Shown: positions 20,101-31,343, counted from the stretch's first letter. The stretch: DNA of 64,000 nt from an uncultured Verrucomicrobiae bacterium (GCA_963756875.1 CAVWPA010000003.1:1216001-1280000), one strand, 5' to 3'. Made by a program: numbers and translations. Notes: generated by a model from the sequence alone, not told the origin.

Positions 20101-21722
20101 ATGCCTTCCAAACTTTTCCAAACCAAAAGTCCAGAGCTTCTGATTCGCGAATCGCAGCAGGCCGATCGCAGGATGAAGCGCTCACTCAACGTGCTGGATC
20201 TTACCTGCCTTGGCATCGGCGCGATCATCGGCGCGGGCATCTTCGCGCTTGCCGGCACCGCTGCGGCGGGCGAGGCCGCGCAAGTCGGCGAATCCATTGT
20301 CAAAACGCCGGTGCTCAATTTTATCATCGCATTTCTTCACCATAGCGACCTCGTCTTCGGCCGGCCTGCGGCGGGACCGGCGGTTGCCGTTTCGTTCGTT
20401 GTGGCCGCCATTGCGTGTGGCTTTGCCGCGCTTTGTTACAGCGAGCTCGCGGCCATGATTCCCGTTTCCGGGTCGGCTTACACTTACTCGTATGCCACGC
20501 TCGGCGAGATTATCGCCTGGATCATCGGCTGGGATTTGATTCTGGAATATGCGGTCGGAAACATGGCCGTGGCGAAAGGGTGGTCGGATTATTTTGTAAA
20601 ACTGCTCTACAGCTTGAGCCACGGCGCCATCAGGCTTCCTCTTTGGCTCGTGACGGACCCGTCCACGGCTGCAACCAAGCTTTCCCAAGGCGGTGAAGCT
20701 ATTCAGGTACTATTCGCCGTCCGCCCTGCCGCATATCTTCGGATATCCCATCGCTCTCGATCTTCCCGCATTGCTGATCGTAGCCGCGGTAACAGTTCTT
20801 CTCATCTACGGCATTCGCGAAAGCGCTACGACGAACACGACGATCGTGTTGATCAAGGTCGCTGTGGTGGTTTTCGTCATTGCCTTTGGAGCCTTCATGG
20901 TCCACCCGACAAACTGGCGTCCGTTTGCTCCCAGTGGATTTGGCGGCGTTATGAGTGGTGCCGCGATCGTCTTTTTTGCGTTCATCGGATTCGATGCGAT
21001 TTCGACTACCGCCGAGGAAACCAAGAATCCGCAACGCGATTTACCGATCGGGATGATTGTCGAGTCTCATCATCTGTACCGTGCTCTATGTGCTCATGGC
21101 CGCGGTGCTTACCGGCATCAAAAAATATACCGTCTATCTTGGGGACTCTGCTGCGGTGGCGACCGCGTTCGCCAGCAAACCATGGGCGCAGGCGCTTGTC
21201 AGCGCCGGTGCGCTTGCCGGCCTCAGCTCTGTCCTGCTCGTCTTTCAGCTTGGTCAGCCCCGCATTTTCATGGCGATGGGGCGCGACGGTCTGCTCCCGC
21301 AATATTTTTCGCGCATTCATCCACGCTACCGCACGCCGTATATCACTACGATCTGGACTGGCGTTGTGGTGGGCGGAGTTGCCATGTTGACCGATATCGG
21401 TTCGTTGGCCGACCTAACGAATATCGGAACACTTTTCGCGTTTGTGCTGGTTTGCGCCGGTGTGATTGTCCTGCGCCGCAAGGATCCGGCCCGCCCGAGG
21501 CCGTTTCGTGTTCCGTTCGTTCCAGTTTTCCCGGTGCTCGGCGTGATATTTTGCGTTGCCCTGATGCTCAGCCTGCCGTTGGAAACATGGTTCCGATTCT
21601 TTGGCTGGCTGGTTATCGGCTTGTTGATTTATTTTCTCTACAGCGTCCGGCACAGCAAACTTCGCCTCGGCATTGATGCCGGCCCGACCGAAGACGTTTC
21701 TCCGCCGATCATCAAACCATAG
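20101..21722 (+). CDS. APC family amino acid permease (two apparent frameshifts near 20705 and 21062)
   Basis: GIGAIIGAGIF, SGSAYTYSY, FFAFIGFDAISTTAEETKNPQRDLP, GQPRIFMAMGRDGLLP, NIGTLFAF lie in three successive frames. Confidence 0.85.
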
Positions 21723-21937
21723 AATCGGCGGTCCGCGGAGAATTGACCGGCTTCTTCGTTGGTCAAAATGCTCAAATAAGTAAGCAGGCAATCCGATAAC
21801 CTGTTCGAGGAATCAGCTGGGAATTCTACCAGAGTTATCCCACTTAGAGCGCGCTTTCGACACCGATTAATATAGGGATGAAAGACCGGGGATTGGTGAT
21901 TGCAGGGGTGATCGCCGCAATAAAACCTGGCAACAGT

Positions 21938-23888
21938 TCAGCGGGATCCTGAATTTGTGCCGGGGGAATTGCCCGACGTGGATGGATGCAAATGTTGATC
22001 GAGAAATTTTTCCATGGCCTGGTAGAAATCGAATCGATTTTCTTCGTTGTGGAATCCGTGGCCCTCGTTTTCCTTGACCATGTATTCAACGTCCACGCCC
22101 CGTTTTCTCAGGCTCGCCACCATCTGATCGGACTCCGCTTTGTTCACCCGCGGGTCTTGCGCGCCCTGTGCAACAAAAAGGGGCGTCTTGATTCGGTCGG
22201 AATGTAATACCGGCGACTCCGACGCGAGCAGCGCTTTGTCTTTCTCCGGATTTCCAACCATGACGTACATCTCCTCGAGAAACGGCTTCCAGTACGGCGG
22301 AATCGTTTTCATGAACGTAAACATGTTGGAGGGGCCGACGTAGTCGACCGCTGCCGCGTAGAGATCGGGTGTGAACGTCACCCCGGCGAGAGTGGCGTAG
22401 CCGCCGTAGCTGCCACCGTAAATCGCGATACGTTTGGGATCGGCAACGCCCTGCTTGATCAACCATTGGACGCCATCGGTGATATCGTCCTGCATTTTCT
22501 TGCCCCATTGCTTGAAGGACGTTTCCCAGAATTTTCGTCCGTAGCCAGTCGAGCCGCGGAAATTCATTTGCAGAACGGCGTAGCCGCGGTTGGCGAGAAA
22601 TTGAACTTCCGGGTCATAACCCCACTCATCGCGCGCCCACGGACCACCGTGCGGATTCACCACGACCGGCAAATTTTTCGGTTCTCGTCCCAGTGGCAAC
22701 GTGAGATAGCCGTGAATTGTCAGCCCATCGCGGCTCTTGTATTCAATCGGCTTCATAGGCGCCAGTTCGCTCTCTTTCAACCACGGCTTGACGTCTGCGA
22801 GCTTTGTCAGTTCGCCGCTCTTCACGTTGAACAGATACCGTGAGCCCGGCGTACGGTCGCTTGTCGTCGCGATGATGAACTGGTCCTCGTCGTGATCGGT
22901 ATCAACCGCGTCAATCTGATAACCGGGCAGTTTCTGCTCGATGGTTGCGAACATTTTTTCGGCTTGTGGATCTAGATATTTCCGTTGCTCTTTCCAGGTG
23001 GTATAGCCGGCGTAAAGAAGGACTTTTCGCTTCTTCGAATAGGCGAGCCCGTCAACATCCACATTGGGATTCTGATAAATCATACTGGTCTCTTTGCCTG
23101 TAGCGGGATCAATTATGACCGCCGCACCCTTATCGCGGCCAATGTTGGAGACTGCGTACAATTGCTTGTTATCGAACGTGTAAAATTCGACGTCGAGATG
23201 CTCGCGGAAATTGGTCGTCAGCACTTTTTTAAACGGCGACTTCTCGTCGGGCCGCGTTAACAATGTGGCGTTCACCCCATCCGTTTCCGTCGCGGCCAGA
23301 ATTCGCCCCTTATGATCGGTCACCCAGTGATCGACATGTCCGGGATTCTGCGCGGCCATCGTAATCTCGCCGGTTGGAACGTTCAGCCGGTACACGTCGA
23401 ATAATTCCGGGTTGCGCTTGTTGTCCTGGATTAAAACCTCTGTGGGAGAGACATCTTCAAGGTCGTCGACCAGCTCCGCGCGCACTTTTGGAAAAGGCGT
23501 CAGATCTTTGATCTCATTTGTCTTCAGGTTCACCCGGAAAAGATGAAAATTTTCGTCGCCCTTATTGTCCTGTGCATAGATGACGAAATTGTTTCCCTTC
23601 CAGAAATAACCGCGAATGTCGCGGTCTTTTTCCGATGTGATCCGTTTCGCCTCGCCCCCTGCGGTCGGGCGAAGCCAGATGTTCATGCGCGACTCCCAGG
23701 GCGCGAGGTAAGACAACGTGTTACCGTCGGGCGAGAGCTGATAACCGCTGCTTTCCGGATTCCTGAAGAAATCGCGCAGTGGGATCTTTGGCGGCACTGC
23801 GACCGGAGTGGATGCAGCGGGCTGCTCCGCTCCAGCGATAGAAAGGATGGCAATTAAACAGGTACCAGAATGCGAGCAATGATTTCAT
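21938..23888 (-). CDS. S9 family serine peptidase (frameshift in signal region near 23858)
   Basis: PHGGPW, NFRGSTGYG, GGSYGGY nucleophile, DPRV, EGHGF; N-terminal propeller. Confidence 0.92.
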
Positions 23889-24002
23889 AAGTGGTCTCTT
23901 CGATAGGATGCGGTCCGCCTGTCGAGCGGATTCAAATTTTGTATTTATAAACACGAACGGGCCTGGCTGTGGCCTCAAGGGCTCTGATCGGGTTGCGTTG
24001 TT

Positions 24003-24458
24003 TTAAGGCGCTGCGTGCGCGTGACAGGCTTTGTCGTCAGCTTCCAGCCAGGTAAACGTGGTCGTCTTTGTTGGATCGAGCCCGAGTTCCTTGCATCCTT
24101 TGACGAAGTAATCGCGCTTCTCCGGAACGTTGTAGAGGCTGCTCGCTTCGGTTTCGTCGCTCCAGCGTTTGATTTCGTCCGGTGTTCTCTTTATGCCGTT
24201 TTGATCCAGCCATTCCGCCATCTGTTGGTCGCTTGCGCCTTGCTCGATTTCCGCCTTGAAATCGTCGCCTTTCACACCTTTGAAACCGAAAAGTGTGTTG
24301 TCCAGCGCGCAATCGAAGTGGTATTCGCCAAGGTCCCCCGCAACCAAGGCGCGACATTTGTCGATGGTGCGCCCGAGAATGGCATAGCCACCAATGCGTA
24401 TTCGCGGACTGCGCGGCGCTTCCCTGGTCAGGTCCTTCCCGGTAACACTTTTATGCAT
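24003..24458 (-). CDS. DUF5069-like protein
   Basis: PRSPR.RIGGY..L.RTIDKCRA...GEYHFDC.LD..LF.FKG pattern. Confidence 0.7.
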   Translation of the reverse strand: MHKSVTGKDLTREAPRSPRIRIGGYAILGRTIDKCRALVAGDLGEYHFDCALDNTLFGFKGVKGDDFKAEIEQGASDQQMAEWLDQNGIKRTPDEIKRWSDETEASSLYNVPEKRDYFVKGCKELGLDPTKTTTFTWLEADDKACHAHAAP

Positions 24459-24586
24459 ATATCACGCTAGTGCGAAAGGGAGGGGCCGCAAGATCGAGAA
24501 TCGCTCTTGCCTGTAGCGGGGCTCCATGAGCGTCGTATTATTTCCCTTTCAGCGACCCCGAAAGCTTTTGCGGCCGCTACAGAAGA

Positions 24587-25669
24587 ATGAAGAAGATCAT
24601 ATATCGATCTTTGGTCGCGCTTTGCTATATCGCGCAGGTCCATGCAGAGGCCCCACGCGTCGCCGTGCCTCCTGCGGGTAGACTCTATCACGGACTTTAT
24701 TGGGGCGGCGTTGGCACGGATACTCACGATCCGACCGAGCACGATGTCACGCCCGCGGACGTCGCCCGTTATGAAAAAGCTGTCGGTAAGCAGGCGGCCT
24801 GGGTCTATTTTTCCGATAACTGGTTCGAATCGCGGAAATTTCCGGCCACGATGTGCGGATGGATCCGCGATCTCGGAAAGGTTCCTTATGTTCGTTTGAT
24901 GCTCCGCTCAGATGTCGATCAGCGTCACGCGGAGAAAGAATTCTCACTCCAAAAGATCATTGCAGGAGAGTTCGACGCCGATCTTCGCGAATGGGCGCGT
25001 GACGCCACACAATTTGGGTCGCCGATTCTGATCGAATGGGGGACGGAACCCAACGGAAGCTGGTTCAGCTGGAACGGCAAATGGAACGGCGGCGCGGGCG
25101 AGGGGCCGCGGCGCTACATTGCTGCGTATCGGCACATTGTGGATGTGATGCGCGCGGAAGGAGCGGCGAACCTGCAATGGGTCTGGCACGTGAACTGGTT
25201 CGACGAACCCGAGCGAAAATGGAACGCATTCGAGAATTATTTTCCAGGCGACAATTACTGCGACTGGGTCGCGCTAAGCGCTTACGGGCCGACCACACCG
25301 CGGATGCATGACGGCACCGAGAGTTTCGCATTCAAAATGCGCGAAGCCTATCCACGCCTGACAAAAATCGCCCCCGGCAAACCGATCATTGTTGCCGAAT
25401 TCGGGTGCGATCTACACAACCGCCGTGTGGACGTCGCGCGATGGGCGAAAAGCGCTCTGGCAGATTTATTGTCAAATCGATGGCCGGCAGTGATCGGATT
25501 CTGCTGGTGGAACGAGGGCTGGCAAAATGACGACATCAAAAAACACGATACCGACATGATCGTTCTCCACGATGCCAATCTGACCCGCGTTTTTCGGGAT
25601 GAATTCGCGAAGTATGCCGACAAAATTCAGGAGACGCCGATTATCAAAGCCACAGATGAACACAGATGA
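24587..25669 (+). CDS. Secreted glycoside hydrolase family 26-like protein
   Basis: IIAGEFDA, EPNGSWFSW acid/base motif, YFPGDNYCDWV, KPIIVAEFG nucleophile. Confidence 0.85.
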   Translation: MKKIIYRSLVALCYIAQVHAEAPRVAVPPAGRLYHGLYWGGVGTDTHDPTEHDVTPADVARYEKAVGKQAAWVYFSDNWFESRKFPATMCGWIRDLGKVPYVRLMLRSDVDQRHAEKEFSLQKIIAGEFDADLREWARDATQFGSPILIEWGTEPNGSWFSWNGKWNGGAGEGPRRYIAAYRHIVDVMRAEGAANLQWVWHVNWFDEPERKWNAFENYFPGDNYCDWVALSAYGPTTPRMHDGTESFAFKMREAYPRLTKIAPGKPIIVAEFGCDLHNRRVDVARWAKSALADLLSNRWPAVIGFCWWNEGWQNDDIKKHDTDMIVLHDANLTRVFRDEFAKYADKIQETPIIKATDEHR

Positions 25670-25724
25670 AACACTGATTTATCGTTTCGGTCTGAATCTG
25701 TGAAAATCTGTGGTAATCTGTGGC
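25649..25724. repeat. Inverted 9-10-mer tandem repeat hairpin (CACAGAT / ATCTGTG)
   Basis: GCCACAGATGAACACAGATGAAACACTGATTT ... AATCTGTGAAAATCTGTGGTAATCTGTGGC; overlaps the GH26 stop. Confidence 0.75.
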
Positions 25725-25733
25725 TGAAAATCC

Positions 25734-26144
25734 ATGGTCCAAGTTTCGATCAAATACACTGGCGACCTGCATTGCGATGCCACGCACGGCCCGTCGCAAT
25801 CGACGATTGCTACGGATGCGCCGACTGATAACAAGGGAAAGGGTGAATCGTTTTCACCCACTGATCTTGTGGCAACTGCGCTCGCAACCTGCATCAGCAC
25901 GACCATGGGAATCAAGGCGGAGACGCTTGGGGTTGATCTCAAAGGGATGACCGTCGATGTGACGAAGGAAATGTCCAAGGACGCGCCACGCCGCATCGTG
26001 GGCCTGCCGTCCGAAGTGCACATTCCGCTTCCCGCCGATTGCGAGCATCGCGAACTGCTCGAGCAGACGGCTCTCAATTGTCCGGTGCACAAAAGCCTTC
26101 CGCCCGAGATCAACCGCCCGACGAAATTCTTCTGGGAAGGTTGA
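25734..26144 (+). CDS. OsmC family protein
   Basis: TDAPTDNKGKGESFSPTDL..ALATC...CPVHKSL. Confidence 0.92.
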   Translation: MVQVSIKYTGDLHCDATHGPSQSTIATDAPTDNKGKGESFSPTDLVATALATCISTTMGIKAETLGVDLKGMTVDVTKEMSKDAPRRIVGLPSEVHIPLPADCEHRELLEQTALNCPVHKSLPPEINRPTKFFWEG

Positions 26145-26214
26145 CCGCCGTAGCCGCTTGCGAAGCGCGGCACTGGCATGGTCAGGCTCGCGCGCTCAAT
26201 CTCACGACGGCCCT

Positions 26215-26352
26215 TGTCATTCCCAGCGGAGTCGAGGAATGGAGCGAGCTGGGAAGCCGCGACATAGACGGGCAGACCGAGAGGTCGAGCGAGCGGGGAC
26301 CGAGCGAGTCAATCTCTTACTGTTATCCCAAAAACAATGAGAGATGTCTCGA
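26215..26352. repeat. Degenerate GTCATTCC..AGCGGAGTCGAGGAAT-type palindromic repeat
   Basis: TGTCATTCCCAGCGGAGTCGAGGAAT...ATCTCT...AGAGATGTCTCGA; no convincing ORF. Confidence 0.5.
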
Positions 26353-26540
26353 GGTTCTTCCGGAAAAACACCGAGGCGTTCGCAGCGACTATTTCTTCGA
26401 CTTTTCGCTTCTTGCTTCGGCCGCTTGCTGCCTTGGATTTTCGGTCGCCCAATTCTTGATCTTCATAATGAAGATTGGAGTTCGCCGGCCGCGGGCTCGT
26501 TCAAAATCGCCTCGTCACCTGTCAGGCGATCCCCCGCATC

Positions 26541-27497
26541 TCAGCTCCGGCTTTTGTTTTCCGGATACAACCACTTCACGTAGTCGGCCACGCCGCGTTC
26601 AAGGGAAAACCGCGGCTCGTAACCGAGCGCATCGTGCGCCCTGGTCAGATCGGCCTCGGTAAAGTTTTGATAATGCGCGTGCGGGTTGTCGATGTAGTCG
26701 GGCTGGAACTTTGTGCCGAGAGATTTGTTCAGGATGTCGATCAGCTCGTTGAACGAGCGGGCTTTGCCGGAACCGAGATTGTAAATTCCGCTTTGTTTTG
26801 CTTTCAGCGCACTGATGCTTCCTTCGACTGCATCTCTTACATAAACGAAGTCGCGTTTCTGCTCCCCTTGCTTGAAGATGCGTGGCCGCTGTCCCGCCTT
26901 CATCTGTTTCGACAAATGGTAGATCATGCTCGCGGGGACGCCTTTATGCGCTTCGCGTGGGCCGTAGACATTGAAATACCGCAGGCCGACAATGACCCAG
27001 TCGGAAAATTCCTCCGCTTCGCGCGTGGCGATATTGTCCATGATCGCCTTCGAAAATGCATAGACGTTTGCCGGCGCGGCCCCGTTGGATTCCACGCTGG
27101 CCTCTGTCGCTGGCCCGTAGGTCGCTGCAGAGGACGCATAAATAATCCGCGTTCTGTTCGGTTGTGCGAAATTCAGAATGCGCCGGAAACTTTCGACGTT
27201 GTCGTGCACCTGCTCGAATTGGTCGTGGTTGGTCGTGTCGGTAATGGACGCGAGATGAAAGATGGCGTCGAAAGCGTTGTCTCCGAATTGTTCGCGCCAA
27301 TCGAGCGTGGCCAGGTTTTGCGCCACGAGATCGCCGCGGTACCCAACGAGGTTCTTGAAGTCGCCGGAACGAAAATCGTCGATCACGGTCAGGCGCGCGT
27401 CAGGGAACTTTTCCTGCAGCGCAAGAGTAAGATTGGAGCCGATAAAACCGGCGCCGCCCGTGACGACAAAATTAGGAGCAGAATCTGACAAGGACAC
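26541..27497 (-). CDS. hldD: ADP-L-glycero-D-manno-heptose 6-epimerase
   Basis: VTGGAGFIGSNL, YASSAATYG, YAFSK, GLRYFNVYGPREAHKG, RDFVYV, YQNFTEAD. Confidence 0.9.
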   Translation of the reverse strand: MSLSDSAPNFVVTGGAGFIGSNLTLALQEKFPDARLTVIDDFRSGDFKNLVGYRGDLVAQNLATLDWREQFGDNAFDAIFHLASITDTTNHDQFEQVHDNVESFRRILNFAQPNRTRIIYASSAATYGPATEASVESNGAAPANVYAFSKAIMDNIATREAEEFSDWVIVGLRYFNVYGPREAHKGVPASMIYHLSKQMKAGQRPRIFKQGEQKRDFVYVRDAVEGSISALKAKQSGIYNLGSGKARSFNELIDILNKSLGTKFQPDYIDNPHAHYQNFTEADLTRAHDALGYEPRFSLERGVADYVKWLYPENKSRS

Positions 27498-27590
27498 AGT
27501 GAAAGTTTGCTGGCTTGATTAAATAAGTCTTGAGCGGCCAAGCGCAAGCAGCTACTTATCGAGCCGGTTCTTTGCGAGCTTAAAAAAAGA

Positions 27591-27891
27591 GTGGAGCGGC
27601 GCGAGAAATCCCGTGCGAATCGGGAGCAGTTGCGCTGCTGTAACTGGATACGACTTCCCAGGGCCAATCGTTGTAGTGGCAGGCGTGACGCCTGCCACAC
27701 TCTGGCAGTGCCCCGAAAGCATTCGGGGCGGCCACAGAAGAGCGGTGAAGGCGGGAAGAAGGTGAAAGTTAGTTGAGGGTTGAGTGTTGAGAGTTGAGAG
27801 AAGGCGGAAAGCTGTCTTTGGCTCTCATCTTTCAACTAAAGACTCTCAACTTCTTCGAAAGCCAGGAGCCAGAATATTCGACCGTTTCCAC
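27591..27891 (+). promoter_or_regulatory. Cobalamin riboswitch
   Basis: TCCCG-TGCGAAT-CGGGA T-loop, GCTGTAA, GCCAC..GGGAAG, GAGCCAGAATA B12-box variant; P1 GTGGAGCGG/CCGTTTCCAC; upstream of a BtuB-like receptor. Confidence 0.75.
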
Positions 27892-28058
27892 CTCATTCGC
27901 CAGCGTGACGCTGGACCCGGATCTGAACGATTTGGGTTCGCCGTGTCGCTGCAACCGATTCCGGAATCCGCCAGTCCGGCTCGGACCGCGAAAAAACTTC
28001 TTCGCAAAAAGAAGAATGAGAGCTGGGCGATGCGCCCCGCCTCGGCGGGACAAACAAG

Positions 28059-28080
28059 TCCGACTCTCGGAGTTGGAGGA
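28059..28080 (+). promoter_or_regulatory. SD-sequestering hairpin (probable riboswitch expression platform)
   Basis: TCCGACTC-TCG-GAGTTGGA stem overlaps GGAGGA, which lies 8 nt before ATG 28089. Confidence 0.55.
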
Positions 28081-28088
28081 AACTTGTT

Positions 28089-30164
28089 ATGCAAAATCGT
28101 CCAGGATCTGTTTTTGTCCGGGGGAGCGCGCGCGTCTCGCGTGCTGGTTTTGGCCTCTGGCCAAAACATACTTTGCTTGTGCCAGCAATGCGGTCGCGCA
28201 CGCATTTATTGCGCGGTACCGTTTTTAGAAAGTTCGTTTCGGCGCGACGCCGAAACCAGCACGCGGGACGCGTGCGCTACCCAAAGATCGGGAACACGAT
28301 CTCTCTCGGTTTAGCGTTCGTCGCCGTTACCGGGGCGTTGCACTGCATCGCGCAGCAGCCGTCGCCATCGCCAGGCGAAGCCCAGGCCGAGCCGGTCGTT
28401 GTTTCGGCAACCAGATTCGACATTCCGCTCGATCAGTCGCCCGCATCGATCAGCGTTGTCAGTTCCCAGGATCTCGATCAAAGGCAGATCGATCGCGTGG
28501 CGGACGCGTTGCGCGAAGTGCCCGGGCTTTCGGTCGTTCAAACTGGAACACAAGGCCAGCTCACTTCCGTTTTCATGCGCGGACTTCCGAGTGAAGATCT
28601 GCAGGTTCTGCTCGACGGCATACCGATTAATCAGGGCCTGTCGGGGGCGTTTAATTTTGCCGACCTGACAATTGACGATATCGACCGCATTGAAGTTGCG
28701 CGGGGTCCGCAAAGTACGCTCTACGGACCGCGCTCGCTCGCGGGGGTCATTCAACTTTTTACGAGGCAAGGCACCGGAACACCCAGTGTTACTCTGAGCA
28801 CCGAGGCAGGAAGCTACGATACATTCCGCGAAGCGCTCCAGAGCGACGGGAGAATCGGCGATTTCGATTACGCGCTAGGGGCGAGTCGCATCGACACGGA
28901 TAACGCGCGGCCGAATAACGACTATCGCAACAGCGCGGCCACTGCGGACGTAGGCTGGTCGCCTGACGCACATCTGCGAATTGGAAGTTTGTTCGTCTAT
29001 TCGGAAAGCGAAACCGGAAACCCGAATTCGATCTTCGATCCGAAGCCGATCGATCATTTTTTGACCGAGCATTGGCTGATTGGGCCGCATTTCGATGTTC
29101 GGATCGCGGATTGGTGGGATCACAAGTTGATTTTCGATTACGATCACGAACGCCAGGTAAACAACCCAAACCAGGATGGATTCGTCGGACCTACGCGGGC
29201 CCTTTTTGAACGCACAACAATCGATTATCAAAACAACCTGCGGCCCACCTCGTGGCTCACGCTTACCAGCGGGCTGTTTTACAACACGATCAAGGCCGGG
29301 CAGGAACGTCCATTTGTCTCGCAAGCATTTGGACCGCAGCCAAAGTTCATTGGCGACGAGGTTCAAGAGAATGCGGTTTTTGCCCAGGCTACGGTGAATA
29401 TTCGGAATTTTATTCTCGTAACGGGCGGGCGCCTCGATGAGTTCAATCAGTTCGGCGATGTTTGGACGTATCGAGTTGCGACCAGCTACAAAATCGACAG
29501 AACAAACACCACGTTGCATTCAAGTGTCGCCACCGGATTCAGTCCGCCGAGCAGTCAGGACAAGATTTTTGGCAACAACTTCAATCTCAAGCCTGAAAAG
29601 GATTTTGGCTGGGACATGGGATTCGAACAGCGACTCTGGGAGAACAGGGTGATCGCCGGGGCCACATATTTTCACAATGATTTGTCGAACGTTATTGGGT
29701 TTAACGGCCAGTTTAAAACGCTCAACCTTGGCGCGGCCGAAACTCAGGGCTTGGAGACGGAATTACGCGTCCAGCCGACTCCCGATGTTACGCTGAAAGC
29801 GAGCTACACTTATCTCGAAGCTGAGAAAACATCCCTGGCGGATATTTCGCAGTTGCAGGGCGCGCGTTTGCCGCGGCGGCCGAGAAATGAAGTTTATGTA
29901 TCCGCGTCGTATCTTTGGTGCAAGAAACTGCGCACCACCATCGAGGCCAAATGGGTCAACGCGCGCGAGGAACTGAATTTCGGCGGACCGAATTTCGACA
30001 TCGAGGACTACAACTTCGTCAATTTCGCTTCGGAATATGAAATCAACTCGCACTTCTCCGTCTTCGGCCGGATCGACAATCTGACGAACGAGCATTACGC
30101 GGAGGTGTTCGGATTTCCCGCGCCAGGCCGCGCCGCGTACGCGGGAGTAAAGCTGCGGTTTTGA
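28089..30164 (+). CDS. btuB: TonB-dependent receptor, probable cobalamin transporter
   Basis: VVVSATR TonB box, DALREVPG, VLLDGIPIN, IDRIEVARGPQSTLYG, RIDNLTNEHY, terminal F; B12 riboswitch upstream. Confidence 0.85.
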   Translation: MQNRPGSVFVRGSARVSRAGFGLWPKHTLLVPAMRSRTHLLRGTVFRKFVSARRRNQHAGRVRYPKIGNTISLGLAFVAVTGALHCIAQQPSPSPGEAQAEPVVVSATRFDIPLDQSPASISVVSSQDLDQRQIDRVADALREVPGLSVVQTGTQGQLTSVFMRGLPSEDLQVLLDGIPINQGLSGAFNFADLTIDDIDRIEVARGPQSTLYGPRSLAGVIQLFTRQGTGTPSVTLSTEAGSYDTFREALQSDGRIGDFDYALGASRIDTDNARPNNDYRNSAATADVGWSPDAHLRIGSLFVYSESETGNPNSIFDPKPIDHFLTEHWLIGPHFDVRIADWWDHKLIFDYDHERQVNNPNQDGFVGPTRALFERTTIDYQNNLRPTSWLTLTSGLFYNTIKAGQERPFVSQAFGPQPKFIGDEVQENAVFAQATVNIRNFILVTGGRLDEFNQFGDVWTYRVATSYKIDRTNTTLHSSVATGFSPPSSQDKIFGNNFNLKPEKDFGWDMGFEQRLWENRVIAGATYFHNDLSNVIGFNGQFKTLNLGAAETQGLETELRVQPTPDVTLKASYTYLEAEKTSLADISQLQGARLPRRPRNEVYVSASYLWCKKLRTTIEAKWVNAREELNFGGPNFDIEDYNFVNFASEYEINSHFSVFGRIDNLTNEHYAEVFGFPAPGRAAYAGVKLRF
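28120..28282. repeat. REP-like palindrome family A, in-frame in btuB N-terminus
   Basis: GGGGAGCGCGCGCGTCTCGCGTGCTGGTTT...AAACCAGCACGCGGGACGCGTGCGCTACCC. Confidence 0.8.
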
Positions 30165-30166
30165 GC

Positions 30167-30274
30167 TGGAGGGACACGCGCTGTCGTGTCCCAAATATTC
30201 GGGCGCCTACAGCGCGTCGCTCTCCGGCAACGGCCGGCGAATTCGACGGCCGCCCCCGGAGGTGCGTCCCTACC
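30167..30274. repeat. REP-like palindrome family B cluster, intergenic
   Basis: TGGAGGGACACGCGCTGTCGTGTCCC...GCGTCGCTCTCC...GCGTCCCTACC. Confidence 0.7.
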
Positions 30275-30317
30275 TTTGCTTGAATTCCGTGCAACATCGC
30301 TTAATCACGAGAAAGAA

Positions 30318-31343
30318 ATGAGTCCGCTGGTATACGTCCTTATCGGTATCACGCTGCTGGGCGTGGTGGCGGTCCTTTTCGTCTTGATCGGAGATCGAAG
30401 GAAGATGCAGGGACCCGATCAAAGCATGTTGATGTTGCAGCAGCACCTCAATGCACTTCAACAGAGACTGGACGCCTTCGGGCAGACCGTCAGCGAAAAT
30501 CTCCAGCAATCGACAGCGTCAATGAATACGCGGCTCGATAAGGCCGCCGAAGTGGTCGGCGACTTGCGAGAGAAAGTTGGACAGATTCACGAAGTAGGCA
30601 AAGCGGCGCAGGAATTGGTTAACATCATGCGTGCTCCAAAACTTCGTGGCGGAATGAGTGAATTTTTTCTGGGTGACTTGCTTGCCCAAATTCTGCCTCA
30701 GGAGCACTTCACTTTGCAGTATCGCTTTAAGAGCGGCGAGGCCGTTGACGCTGTAATTCGGATCGGTCCGAAATTGGTGTGTGCCGACGCGAAATTTCCG
30801 TATGAAAACTTCAAGCGTGTCATCGACGCTCCGACGGAGGCTGACCGGGTCGCTGCGCGCAAGCAATTCCTGCGGGATGTAAAAAAGCACGTGGACGCAA
30901 TTGCGACCAAATACATTCTGCCGGACGAGGGGACATATGACTTCGCGCTTATGTACATCCCGGCCGAGAACGTTTATTATGAGACGATCATCAAGGAGGA
31001 TGTGGGCGAGGACCGTCAGCTTTTCAGTTATGCGCTTGCCAAACGCGTGATTCCTGTTTCGCCGAACAGTTTTTACGCGTACGTGCAGACTATTCTACTG
31101 GGTTTGCGCGGAATGAAAGTTGAAGAGCGCGCGCAGGAAATTCTGGGGGAATTGTCGCGCCTGCGCGGTGATTTCGAGAAAATCCAGGAGAGCTTTCGCA
31201 TTCTGGGGCGTCACCTGACTAATGCCAGCGGCAGCTATGCGGAGACCGAAAAAACAATGACCAAGCTTGATGCCAAGCTCAGCCAGATCGAGCAGCCGCC
31301 TGTGCGCACAGAGAACGCGCAACAGCCTTCACTTCCGGCTTAG
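30318..31343 (+). CDS. rmuC: DNA recombination protein RmuC family
   Basis: N-terminal TM, PKLRG, DAKFP, KYILPDEGTYDFALMYIPAENVYYE, VSPNSF. Confidence 0.92.
   Translation: MSPLVYVLIGITLLGVVAVLFVLIGDRRKMQGPDQSMLMLQQHLNALQQRLDAFGQTVSENLQQSTASMNTRLDKAAEVVGDLREKVGQIHEVGKAAQELVNIMRAPKLRGGMSEFFLGDLLAQILPQEHFTLQYRFKSGEAVDAVIRIGPKLVCADAKFPYENFKRVIDAPTEADRVAARKQFLRDVKKHVDAIATKYILPDEGTYDFALMYIPAENVYYETIIKEDVGEDRQLFSYALAKRVIPVSPNSFYAYVQTILLGLRGMKVEERAQEILGELSRLRGDFEKIQESFRILGRHLTNASGSYAETEKTMTKLDAKLSQIEQPPVRTENAQQPSLPA

Noticed and set aside
20693..21070. Programmed frameshifting in the permease or integrase
   Set aside because: No consistent slippery site with downstream structure, and similar shifts occur in unrelated genes, which favours sequence error or decay.
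26389..26466. 25-codon minus-strand ORF after hldD
   Set aside because: Too short and has no supporting motif.
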